A stretch of 32,000 bases of DNA. Origin: Caldivirga maquilingensis IC-167. Lineage in GTDB: Archaea; Thermoproteota; Thermoprotei; Thermoproteales; Thermocladiaceae. The DNA lies in NCBI RefSeq assembly GCF_000018305.1, contig NC_009954.1:780001-812000 (forward strand). The letters run 5' to 3'. Position 1 is the first letter of the stretch. Every line of letters begins with the position of its first letter. This document shows, one piece after another, positions 17,862 through 26,465 of the stretch. Position numbers and translations under genes: made by a program. The notes beneath the pieces are model-generated. The model had not been told where the DNA came from. It was given only the letters and a program-made list of their open reading frames with translations, and made no database searches.

Positions 17862-19200
17862 GGGACTACTGGGGAAGGGGGAATTAAGCAAGATTAAGTA
17901 CACCTCATCCCTATTGGATGATGCTGAAATATATAGGGAAACCATACTTGCATTGATAACTCACGTCAATGAGTTAAACAAGGTTGGTGTATTACCCAGT
18001 AATGAGGCTGAGGCAATAATTAAGGCGTTGAGGTCTCTAGCCAAGGAGCCATATAAGCCCAGTGATGAGTATGAGGATGTTCACGAGTATATTGAGGCCG
18101 TGTTAATTCATAGACTTGGTGACGCTGGTGGGTGGATTGGATTAGGTAGGTCGAGGAATGATCACGTAGCGACGGCGCTTAGATTAAGGCTTAGGAAACT
18201 TATAATTGAATTAGCCTCAAGTATTATTGAATTAAGGAGGGTGGTGTTGAATAAGGCTATTGAAACCGCAGACACCGTAATAATAGGCACCACCCATAGG
18301 CAACCTGCTCAGGTCACAACCCTAGGCCACTACATGCTTTACCTAGATGAATTAAGCAGAGACTTCCTAACTAGCCTCCTCTCAATTTATGAAGTAGTGA
18401 ATAAGTCCCCCTTAGGTTCAGGCCCATTAGCAGGCACCATGGTTAAGTTGAATAGGGTTAGGGAGGCTGAGGAGCTTGCATTCAATGGTATCGTTGAGAA
18501 TACTGTGTACGCAACGGGTTCAAGGTACTTCATGCTTGCTTCAGCATCAATTACTGTATCTTACCTAGTTGAGTTAGGTAGGTTCATTAATAATATTGAA
18601 ATGTGGCTTATGCCTCAGTTAAACTACATAACACTTGAGCCAAGTCACTTAGCCACAAGCAGTATTATGCCTCATAAACGTAACCCAGCCACACTTGAGG
18701 TTTTTAGGGCTAGGATAGGGGAGGCTGTGGGGCATTTAGTATCAATGTACTCGATTGAAAGACCTGTTGAGGCTGGTTACCAGCTTGACCTACAGGAGGA
18801 GACTAGGCACGCTTGGTTAATCATGAGGATAGCCATTGATGGTGTGGGAATGATCACTGATTTACTAAGGGGAATCAAGGTGAATGAGGGGAGGGTTAAG
18901 GAGGACCTGGTTAAATACCCTGTCACAGCCGCTGAGTACGTTGAATTAATGTCAATTAGTAGAGGAATACCCTTCAGGAATGCTCATAGGGAGGTGGCTG
19001 TAATGATTAAGGAGGGTAAGAATCCGGGAATCAACCCCACTGAGGCTATCAGGGGTAAGGAGGTTTTAGGCGGACCTAATCCAAGTATTATCACTGAGTC
19101 AGCTAAGGCTAGGTTAATTGAATTAAGCAGCATTGAGGCTAAGGTTAAGGAATTGGAGGTAAGTGTTAATAAGGCTGAGGCTGAACTAATGGGTGATTAA
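17848..19200 (+). CDS. argH: Argininosuccinate lyase
   Basis: GRSRNDHVATALRL and the fumarate-lyase signature SSIMPHKRNP. It overlaps the argG 3' end. Confidence 0.9.
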   Translation: MVYREGLLGKGELSKIKYTSSLLDDAEIYRETILALITHVNELNKVGVLPSNEAEAIIKALRSLAKEPYKPSDEYEDVHEYIEAVLIHRLGDAGGWIGLGRSRNDHVATALRLRLRKLIIELASSIIELRRVVLNKAIETADTVIIGTTHRQPAQVTTLGHYMLYLDELSRDFLTSLLSIYEVVNKSPLGSGPLAGTMVKLNRVREAEELAFNGIVENTVYATGSRYFMLASASITVSYLVELGRFINNIEMWLMPQLNYITLEPSHLATSSIMPHKRNPATLEVFRARIGEAVGHLVSMYSIERPVEAGYQLDLQEETRHAWLIMRIAIDGVGMITDLLRGIKVNEGRVKEDLVKYPVTAAEYVELMSISRGIPFRNAHREVAVMIKEGKNPGINPTEAIRGKEVLGGPNPSIITESAKARLIELSSIEAKVKELEVSVNKAEAELMGD

Positions 19201-20344
19201 CATGGTTAGGTTAGCCAGGTACTATAAGGTTTACCCACTAAGCATCATTAAGGGCAGTATGCAATACGTATGGGATTCAGGGGGTAATAGGTATATTGAC
19301 GCTAATACAGGCCATGGCGTAGCCTTCATGGGTCACTCAAACCCTGAAATAATTAATGCAGTGAAGGCTCAATTGGATAAGATAACCACGGTACCACTCA
19401 ACATGGGTAATGAGGCCAGGGATGAGTTTGTAAGTGAATTCTCTAAAATAATTCCCCACGGCTTCGATACAGTATTCCTGCAAAACACCGGTACTGAGGC
19501 TGTTGAAACAGCTATTAAGATAGGGAAGAAGGTGACTAGGAGGAAGACCATAGTTGCCTTCACTAATTCATTCCATGGAAGAACCATGGGTAGCCTTTCC
19601 GTGACTTGGAATGAAAACTACAGGAAGGCGTTCCAGCCCCTTTACCCACATGTGAGGTTCGGTACATTTAATAACGTTAATGAGGTTGATAAGCTCATTG
19701 ACGATGATGTATGCTGCGTAATAGTTGAACCAGTCCAGGGTGAGGGTGGTTTAAACACAGCCACGGTTAATTTCCTAAAGGCGTTAAGGGAGGCCGCAAG
19801 TAGGGTTAATGCATTACTCATATTTGATGAGATTCAATGCGGCTTTGGGAGAACTGGTGAAGCATGGGCCTTCCAACACTACGGTGTTGAACCAGACTTA
19901 TTCACCGCAGGTAAGGCAATTGCAGGTGGATTACCCATAGGCCTAGTGGTTGCTAAGGGGGAGTTTGGGGATGTTTTCAGCCCTGGGGAGCATGGCTCAA
20001 CCTTCGCAGGTAATCCAGTGGTAATGGCTGCTGCAGCCGCAGCCACAAGGGTTTTCACAAGGGTTAATGTACCAAGTATAGTTAAGGAGACTGGTTCCCT
20101 ATTGGCTAAGAGGCTTAGTGAATTGAATTCAAGGCTTGTGATTAGGGTTAAGGGTATGGGGTTGATGATTGGCGTGGAGTTGAGGACTAGGGCTGAACCC
20201 TATGTTGAAGCATTAATGAGGCACGGCATCCTAGCCTTAACCGCTGGAGTTAATGTGGTTAGGTTCCTACCACCCTACATGATAAGCGGTGATGATGTTG
20301 AGGCAATTGTCAACGCCTTGAATGAAGTACTTAAGACTCAATGA
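19193..20344 (+). CDS. argD: Acetylornithine / LysW-linked aminotransferase (class III)
   Basis: DEIQCGFGRTG, the PLP-lysine region FTAGKAIAGGLP, and GHSNPEI. The probable start is the ATG at 19202. Confidence 0.85.
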   Translation: MINMVRLARYYKVYPLSIIKGSMQYVWDSGGNRYIDANTGHGVAFMGHSNPEIINAVKAQLDKITTVPLNMGNEARDEFVSEFSKIIPHGFDTVFLQNTGTEAVETAIKIGKKVTRRKTIVAFTNSFHGRTMGSLSVTWNENYRKAFQPLYPHVRFGTFNNVNEVDKLIDDDVCCVIVEPVQGEGGLNTATVNFLKALREAASRVNALLIFDEIQCGFGRTGEAWAFQHYGVEPDLFTAGKAIAGGLPIGLVVAKGEFGDVFSPGEHGSTFAGNPVVMAAAAAATRVFTRVNVPSIVKETGSLLAKRLSELNSRLVIRVKGMGLMIGVELRTRAEPYVEALMRHGILALTAGVNVVRFLPPYMISGDDVEAIVNALNEVLKTQ

Positions 20345-20470
20345 CCCCGTTGCCTCTCAACTGTGTAGTCCGAATCAACGGGGTCTCCCTAATAGGGGAG
20401 GACATTAAGTTAAACTTAGCACTAGGTGTTTTAGAATCTAAGGGTGATTAAGGAAATGGGTAGAGAAGGG

Positions 20471-20478
20471 TATATTTA
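20471..20478 (+). promoter_or_regulatory. Candidate TATA box upstream of sfsA
   Basis: tatattta is centred ~26 nt upstream of the GTG at 20502. Confidence 0.4.
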
Positions 20479-20501
20479 AGATTGGGTTAATAGGCTTAAG
20501 G

Positions 20502-21204
20502 GTGGTTACCTATACTAGGCTTCACCATTAATAAGCCTGATGTTGAAGGCGTCTTCATTAAGAGGATTAATAGGTTCCTGGGCATTGGTCTAATCAATGG
20601 AGTTGAGTCCCTGGTTCATATTCATGATCCAGGGCGTTTAAAGGAATTACTTAAACCCGGCATCAAGTTCTACGCATACCATAAAGACTCAGGTAAGACT
20701 AGGTTCTACCTTACCGCAGTGGATTTGGGTAATGAATTGGTTTTAATTAATTCAGCCATACACAATAATGTAGCCGCCTGGCTCATAGAGAATGGCCTCA
20801 TTTTAAAGGGTTACGAGGTCTTAAGAAGAGAACCCAGGTTTAGTGGGGGTAGGTTTGATTTAATGCTTAAGTCACCTAAGGGTGGTTACACTATGGTTGA
20901 GGTTAAGGGGGTTACGCTGGAGGAGGATGGTGTAGCCAAGTTCCCGGATGCACCCACATTACGTGGTGCAAGACATATGATTAAGTTGGCTAAAGCCATT
21001 GAGGAGGGTTATGAAGCCTACGTAATATTCCTAGTACTAAGATCCAATGCACTATTATTCACACCAAACGTAAGCCTCGACCCCAGGTTCAGTAACGCAT
21101 TGAAGTACGCCATTGAACATGGGGTTAAGGTACTAGCCTACAAGCTAGCGTTAACTAGGGACTGGGTACTGCTCCCCATGGGTCGAGTTAATGTGATACT
21201 GTGA
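20502..21204 (+). CDS. sfsA: SfsA-family nuclease-like protein, with a frame discontinuity at the 5' end
   Basis: The track ORF (20719-21204) holds GRFDLML, VEVKGVTL and FPDAPTLRGARH. The N-terminal OB-like part EGVFIKRINRFLG...HIHDPGRLKELLKPG is encoded in the same frame from 20500, but that stretch has no canonical start. GTG 20502 is offset by one nucleotide. Confidence 0.8.
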
Positions 21205-21364
21205 ACAGTCACTAAGGTTAATGAATAAAGCTAAGGTGAGTTAATGAATCCTGAAAAAATTAAAGGAGGAGCTTAGCGTTAAATTAATGTGAGTAGAATT
21301 AAGGGTAGAATTGGGCATATATATGTTATTAGGCGTAGGGTCGGGCACATTTGGGTGATTAAAA

Positions 21365-21793
21365 GTGGCCGTGAGAGTGAGGGTCAGGTTAAGGAGTAGT
21401 GGCTCCATTGAGGTATCAACCTCAGCATTAGTTAACACAGGCTTTGAGACTGAGAGGCCACAGGTATTAATACCCATAAATCTAGCTAAGGTACTTAAAT
21501 TATGGCCACCCATAGGTAATGCCTACATTGTTGAACTTGGAACCGCCGGCGGACCCATTAGGGAATACGTGATTCCGAATTCCATAGAGATCACTGTGAT
21601 CACAGCTGATAGGGAATCCAGGGCTGTGACCTGCGATGCGGTGGTATCGCATGTTGAGGAGGAGGTTATTATTAATGATAAGCTCTCCGAGGAGCTTGGC
21701 ATAATTATACTAGCTGCCGGTAGTGGAAGGTGGAGATTTACAGATGATTCAGAAGGCACAGTGAGGTATTCTGAGACGCCGCAATACTGGTGA
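21365..21793 (+). CDS. Retropepsin-like (clan AA aspartic protease fold) protein with NTG instead of DTG
   Basis: The pattern (basic N-terminus)...IEVSTSALVNTGFE...VLIPINLAKVLKL...VIINDKLSEELGIII resembles archaeal AF_0612-type or retropepsin-like proteins (xALVDTGA...LLGxDxLxxLG). The family call is by eye only. Confidence 0.5.
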   Translation: MAVRVRVRLRSSGSIEVSTSALVNTGFETERPQVLIPINLAKVLKLWPPIGNAYIVELGTAGGPIREYVIPNSIEITVITADRESRAVTCDAVVSHVEEEVIINDKLSEELGIIILAAGSGRWRFTDDSEGTVRYSETPQYW

Positions 21794-22310
21794 ATTATAA
21801 GGAAACCATTATTTAGTGAGTTAACTATGAATCACCCTAAAGTAGAATTCAAGGCTCCTTACCCTTGATCTTAACTCTTCTCCTTTAGTTTAATCATTCT
21901 TTATGAGTCCTGGATTTTTATGACATATTATGAATGATCTCAACAGAGTTAACTTAAATGGATGCGCACATTAACTTAACCATGGATTAAGGCTAGCATA
22001 ACCTCAGAAACATCATCAAGTAATCTAGTCGATTCCTCAAGTAGTGAGGAAGGTTAATGCATGGTGGAGTAAATTCTCAGCAACAATATACTTACTTGAC
22101 TAATCATGCAGATTAAGTTCCCTGCAATGTTAATCCTACTAGTTGAAGCATCATTCTACATATATAAGTTAATTACCTTAACCTAGTCATGAATAATCCT
22201 AGTCAAGCCATATAGGTAGTAACTGCATTGTGTATGAATTCTCTTGTAACAGGTAAAACATTGATATGTAACGCGGGGGATTGAATGGAAATGTTAATAA
22301 TAAGTATCCC

Positions 22311-22387
22311 TGGAGCCCCGGCCGGGATTTGAACCCGGGGCCTACGGGTCTGCAGCCCGCCGCTCTACCGTGCTGAGCTACCGGGGC
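22311..22387 (-). tRNA. tRNA-Cys (anticodon GCA), CCA encoded
   Basis: The reverse complement folds as follows. Acceptor GCCCCGG/CCGGGGC. D arm GCTC-AGCACGGTA-GAGC. Anticodon arm GCGGG-CTGCAGA-CCCGT. T arm CCGGG-TTCAAAT-CCCGG. The discriminator is U73, the Cys identity element, followed by CCA. Confidence 0.9.
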
Positions 22388-22495
22388 TTAGTTAACATTA
22401 TAGGCATGGATTTTATAAGCTTTATTACGGTACTAAGTAATGAAATTTAGGGAAAGATTCAGGTTTAGGTTATGGGAAGTACCTTTTACTTTAAC

Positions 22496-23773
22496 TTACT
22501 CATATCTTAGTGTTTGAGCTGGTGGTATTCTAGTAGCCCTTATGGCTGGTACTAATGCAGCAATGATGTTTGTGGCTAATGGAACAATGAATAGAAGCAC
22601 TATGTATGGTGCAGTGAGGGTTATGGGTATTGGTAGGCTTATGCCTACTGATGATGAGGATGATGCAGATAAGGCACTTGATGCCGCAGCACCCCTGAAG
22701 CCTCCCCTGAATCCCACCCCTGGGCTGGCGCCGAATAGTGATGATGTGTGTATTAGGTGTGTTAAGGCAACTAAAAGTGAGACACCTATTATTGAACCTA
22801 TTACACCAACTATTACTGCCTCGGTTATTAATAGGAGTGGTATTGATCTCCTACTGAACCCAACTGCACGCATTATCCCGAACTCCCTAGTCCTCTGGAT
22901 AACATTTATTGTAGTGGTATCAAATATCCATATTCCAATTATCACGAAGCTTATGCCCGATATGAAGGCTAGGAAGAGTTCAAGTGTTGTGAAGAATTGA
23001 TTAACGCTTGAAAGCACCGTGGATAGGTTAAGTACCTGGTCCTGAGGGTAAAGCGACTGAAGCATACTTGATACTGAATTAACATTACTGGGTTTATCAA
23101 CATGGATAGTTAATCCACTTAAGACGCCTGATGGGTCAATTTCACTGAGGAATGATGATGAATCCATGAATATTGCCGTATTAGGATTAACCCCAATTAA
23201 ACCAACACTACCAGGTTTCAAAACCCCACCCACTATTGCCGTCACAGTCTTACCATTAACAGTTATGGTTAGTAACTGACCCGGGTAAATTATCTCCTGG
23301 CCAGTGTTAGTGAACGCAACATCATAACCCACCAGAACAACGCCAGTTTGTAGAATTGGGTTACCGCTGATTAATGCGTCACTAAGGGATGTGACACCAT
23401 ACATTTGCATTAACTCATCCACCGTGACTCCGACTAATTGAACACGTTGAGGATGACCATTAACATTTATGCTACCTGAGGCCTCAAGCAAAGGCTCCAC
23501 ACTACTAACGTGTGGTAGTGATGATACTGTGGCTAGGTCGGTTAAGGTTAATTGCGCCGAGCCACTTGGGAATAGAACAATAGTGTTAACCCCAAACACG
23601 CTCTCAAAGAAGCCAGTGGTTAGTGACTTAAAACCCTGACCGGCACCAACAGCTAGGCCTAGGGCTATTATTGCTATAACTATGCCCGCAATAGCCCCAA
23701 TAGTCCTACCTCTCCTCTCCCATAATGCCCTCCAGGCTAAGTTAAGGTAATCAATGACCCTCACTACCACCAC
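22496..23773 (-). CDS. MacB/FtsX-type ABC transporter permease
   Basis: It has an N-terminal TM helix, then a ~230-aa extracytoplasmic domain, then an FtsX-like three-TM bundle containing QRTREFGIMRAVGFSRR. The GTG start overlaps the end of the upstream gene by 23 nt. Confidence 0.85.
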   Translation of the reverse strand: MVVVRVIDYLNLAWRALWERRGRTIGAIAGIVIAIIALGLAVGAGQGFKSLTTGFFESVFGVNTIVLFPSGSAQLTLTDLATVSSLPHVSSVEPLLEASGSINVNGHPQRVQLVGVTVDELMQMYGVTSLSDALISGNPILQTGVVLVGYDVAFTNTGQEIIYPGQLLTITVNGKTVTAIVGGVLKPGSVGLIGVNPNTAIFMDSSSFLSEIDPSGVLSGLTIHVDKPSNVNSVSSMLQSLYPQDQVLNLSTVLSSVNQFFTTLELFLAFISGISFVIIGIWIFDTTTINVIQRTREFGIMRAVGFSRRSIPLLLITEAVIVGVIGSIIGVSLLVALTHLIHTSSLFGASPGVGFRGGFRGAAASSALSASSSSSVGISLPIPITLTAPYIVLLFIVPLATNIIAALVPAIRATRIPPAQTLRYE

Positions 23774-26378
23774 CCCTCCTCCTTAAGGCAAGTACAACCA
23801 CGGCAACTACAATAATCACCACCACCGCAATTGTGATGTAGGTTACTAACCCATACCTACTACCACTTACTCTACTAGCCGTGGTTGTGAAGACCCTTGT
23901 GAAGAACCTACCACTACTATTGCTACCTGGGAAGCCAGCGAACCTGGTTGAATTCCCAAACACCCTAATCGGCACACTGTAGTAAATCCTGTGAAGCTGC
24001 CCATACTGATCAGTGAATGTGATTATGAAGATTATTGAACCGTTAAGCGGCCTAACTGGTAGCACTGTGAAGGCAACATTACTTAGTGACTGGGATCCAA
24101 GTGAACCGAGGTAAATACTCCTACCACTAATGGCTTCTAATCCGGGACTGGTTAGCATTGTTACGTTCAGGTTATTTGCAGTTACTGGACCTGAGTTAAC
24201 TAGTGTTAATGATATTGATACATCAGTACCCACCGTGGCTACTGTTGGTGCAATGGTGTAACCAGTTATTAGGATTTGCGGTAACCCAGCAACACTCATG
24301 GTTATTTGGCCCTCAACATTACCCTCACCACCAGCGTAACTGTACATTAGGGTGTAGCTTAGTGAGACTGAGCTTGATGATGATGGTATGGCTGCAGGTA
24401 CCGTTAAGTAGTAGGTTCCCCCGGCCCCAACTTCATTAATATGATACTCAGTATTAGTAATAGACATGCCGTTCACTGAATTGAAGATTAGCGTTAAATT
24501 GTAGAGTGGTACTGGTTCATTATTACGTATACCTAGTATTAACTTACCTAAACCAGCATTGAGGGTTGAGTTAAGTGGATAAACCACGGCTATGACACTG
24601 GGTGCACTTGACACCCCTAGGTTTAATTCACCATTAACGTTACTTACGTACTTGCCTACGCCGTATGTTAAAACATAGTTAATCACCACTGAGCCCGCTG
24701 ATAAAGGTACCATTAACGGTACAGTAACCATGCGTGCACTATACGGTTGTATTTCACCAATGTTAAAACTAGTCACTAGTGGATACGCCCCCTGTGCTGA
24801 GGTTATTGTGAAGGTGACGTTACTTAGGCTTGATCCTAAATTATTCCTGATAACGATGGGTATTGTCTCATTACCAATACCTATGGTTGAGTTAAGTGGG
24901 TAAACAGTTAATATTGACTGGGGGCTAATTACGTTGACTGGTAATGACCCAGTTATGCTTCCACCATATGTGCTTGGTGTTAGGTAGTAGTAGAGTGTGT
25001 AGCTAATGGTTGCCGTGCCTGTTGTTGATGGGGTCATTACGGGTACTGAAATATAGTATGAACCACCTGGGGGTAGTTCAGGTATATTATACTCACTGCC
25101 ACCTAAACTTAACCCACCTGCGGAGTTAAACACTAGGCTAACATTGTATAATGTCACTGAGGCTGAGTTAAGTACACGAAGCGTTAATTCCCCTAATCCA
25201 GGGCTTATTGTTGAGTTAAGGAGTAGTACTGATAATGGGTTAGCCACACCATAGATGCTTAAGGTGAGTGAACCTTCTCCACTGCTTACGTAACCGTTAG
25301 GTAACTGGAATGATAATACGTAACTTATTGAGGCGGTTGTGGCGGATAATGGTACAACCACCGGTACAGTGAGGGTTAAGTAACCGCCACTGGGTATGCT
25401 TGATACCATTATTGTACTATTACCCCTTAGTATCAATCCCTGTGTTGAAACCAGTTGAATAGTCACATTATACAGTGTTACCGGGTTTAGATTACGTACA
25501 CCTATCTCAAGAATCCCAGGCCCTGGACTAAGCGTGGAGTTAAGTGGATATACGGTAACTTGGCTTGCTGACACTGATAAGGTACTCATACTTATTGTTG
25601 AGGAGCCTGATACTGAATCACCGCTTTGAGTTATGCCACTGTAGGTTATGGTTAATGTCACTGAGGCAGTTGAAGTGGGTACTACGTTAATCATTAATGG
25701 TAGTGATTCACCGGGATTAAGGTAATTAATTACAGTTGATACTCCACTGGGGCTTAGGTAGGCTCCATTGGCCTGAATTGAAATAGCCATATTGTATATT
25801 GGTCCGCTTCCATTATTTGTTACAGTTAATGTGATTGGGTTGATTGAACCATATATTAAGTAGCCTTGATTAACGTTAATGTCAATATTCGGTTCACCGT
25901 ATATCACTATAGGTAATGTTATGCTTGTTGAACCTGAACCACCAGCATTAACGTATGATGATGTTAATTGAGAGTACTTGGATTCTCCACCCCAGTTAAC
26001 GTTAAGGTTTGCCTGACAATTAATGGGTAATGAACCATTTATAAGGTAAGTTAAGGTTAATTCCTGTTGGGGACTAATCCAATCAATGAATATTGAGCCT
26101 GGTGAAACAGTGTAATTACCGCATGAGAGGGTTGGTTGTAATTGGAAGTAGACATCATATAAGTAGTAGCCACCAGTGTACTCTACGGTTAACGTTAACT
26201 TAGAGACGCCAACGGGTGTTAGTGATGGCGTGGCTTGTTCATTTAATATAACGAAGGGTGGTGGGGTGTTTTGAGCGTAGGTTACCTTAAGGAAACCCAC
26301 TAGGGCTAGTAGGCTTACCGCCACCATTATTGTAGTTAACTTTACTTCACTTACTGAGGTTTTCGATAACGGGTTCAT
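23751..26378 (-). CDS. Large surface protein (875 aa) with tandem Ig-like (CARDB / COG1361-like) modules, a signal peptide and a C-terminal TM anchor
   Basis: The N-terminal hydrophobic segment IMVAVSLLALVGFLKVTYA|QN looks like a signal peptide. The motif VYPLNST..G.G.L...VRN....LYNV is repeated, and N-x-S/T sequons are very numerous. The C-terminus has a TM helix YITIAVVVIIVVAVVVLAL followed by RRRGGG. Confidence 0.8.
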   Translation of the reverse strand: MNPLSKTSVSEVKLTTIMVAVSLLALVGFLKVTYAQNTPPPFVILNEQATPSLTPVGVSKLTLTVEYTGGYYLYDVYFQLQPTLSCGNYTVSPGSIFIDWISPQQELTLTYLINGSLPINCQANLNVNWGGESKYSQLTSSYVNAGGSGSTSITLPIVIYGEPNIDINVNQGYLIYGSINPITLTVTNNGSGPIYNMAISIQANGAYLSPSGVSTVINYLNPGESLPLMINVVPTSTASVTLTITYSGITQSGDSVSGSSTISMSTLSVSASQVTVYPLNSTLSPGPGILEIGVRNLNPVTLYNVTIQLVSTQGLILRGNSTIMVSSIPSGGYLTLTVPVVVPLSATTASISYVLSFQLPNGYVSSGEGSLTLSIYGVANPLSVLLLNSTISPGLGELTLRVLNSASVTLYNVSLVFNSAGGLSLGGSEYNIPELPPGGSYYISVPVMTPSTTGTATISYTLYYYLTPSTYGGSITGSLPVNVISPQSILTVYPLNSTIGIGNETIPIVIRNNLGSSLSNVTFTITSAQGAYPLVTSFNIGEIQPYSARMVTVPLMVPLSAGSVVINYVLTYGVGKYVSNVNGELNLGVSSAPSVIAVVYPLNSTLNAGLGKLILGIRNNEPVPLYNLTLIFNSVNGMSITNTEYHINEVGAGGTYYLTVPAAIPSSSSSVSLSYTLMYSYAGGEGNVEGQITMSVAGLPQILITGYTIAPTVATVGTDVSISLTLVNSGPVTANNLNVTMLTSPGLEAISGRSIYLGSLGSQSLSNVAFTVLPVRPLNGSIIFIITFTDQYGQLHRIYYSVPIRVFGNSTRFAGFPGSNSSGRFFTRVFTTTASRVSGSRYGLVTYITIAVVVIIVVAVVVLALRRRGGGSEGH
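24565..25540 (-). repeat. Intragenic tandem modules with ~323-nt period
   Basis: The anchor sequence g(t/g)tgagttaag(t)gg recurs on the + strand at 24565, 24887, 25210 and 25534, giving spacings of 322, 323 and 324 nt, or ~108 aa per module. More diverged modules flank this core. Confidence 0.75.
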
Positions 26379-26392
26379 ACGATATCGGCAAT

Positions 26393-26442
26393 CTATAAAC
26401 CTTATAAACCATACTCACCAGTTATATGTACTAGTTTAAATA
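26393..26442. promoter_or_regulatory. Bidirectional promoter region between the surface-protein operon and the ABC ATPase
   Basis: gtttaaata (26434-26442) lies ~27 nt upstream of the ATG at 26466. The tandem ctataaac/cttataaacc (26393-26410) reads TTTATAAG/TTTATAG on the minus strand, ~25 nt upstream of the ATG top at 26378. Confidence 0.4.
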
Positions 26443-26465
26443 CCCTAGAAGTATGCGAATTAACC

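Noticed and set aside
21205-22495. An integrated virus or plasmid between sfsA and the ABC cluster, centred on tRNA-Cys
   Set aside because: No integrase, no viral-type genes and no duplicated tRNA fragment are present in the window. Only a weak scar hypothesis remains, and it is reported at low interest.
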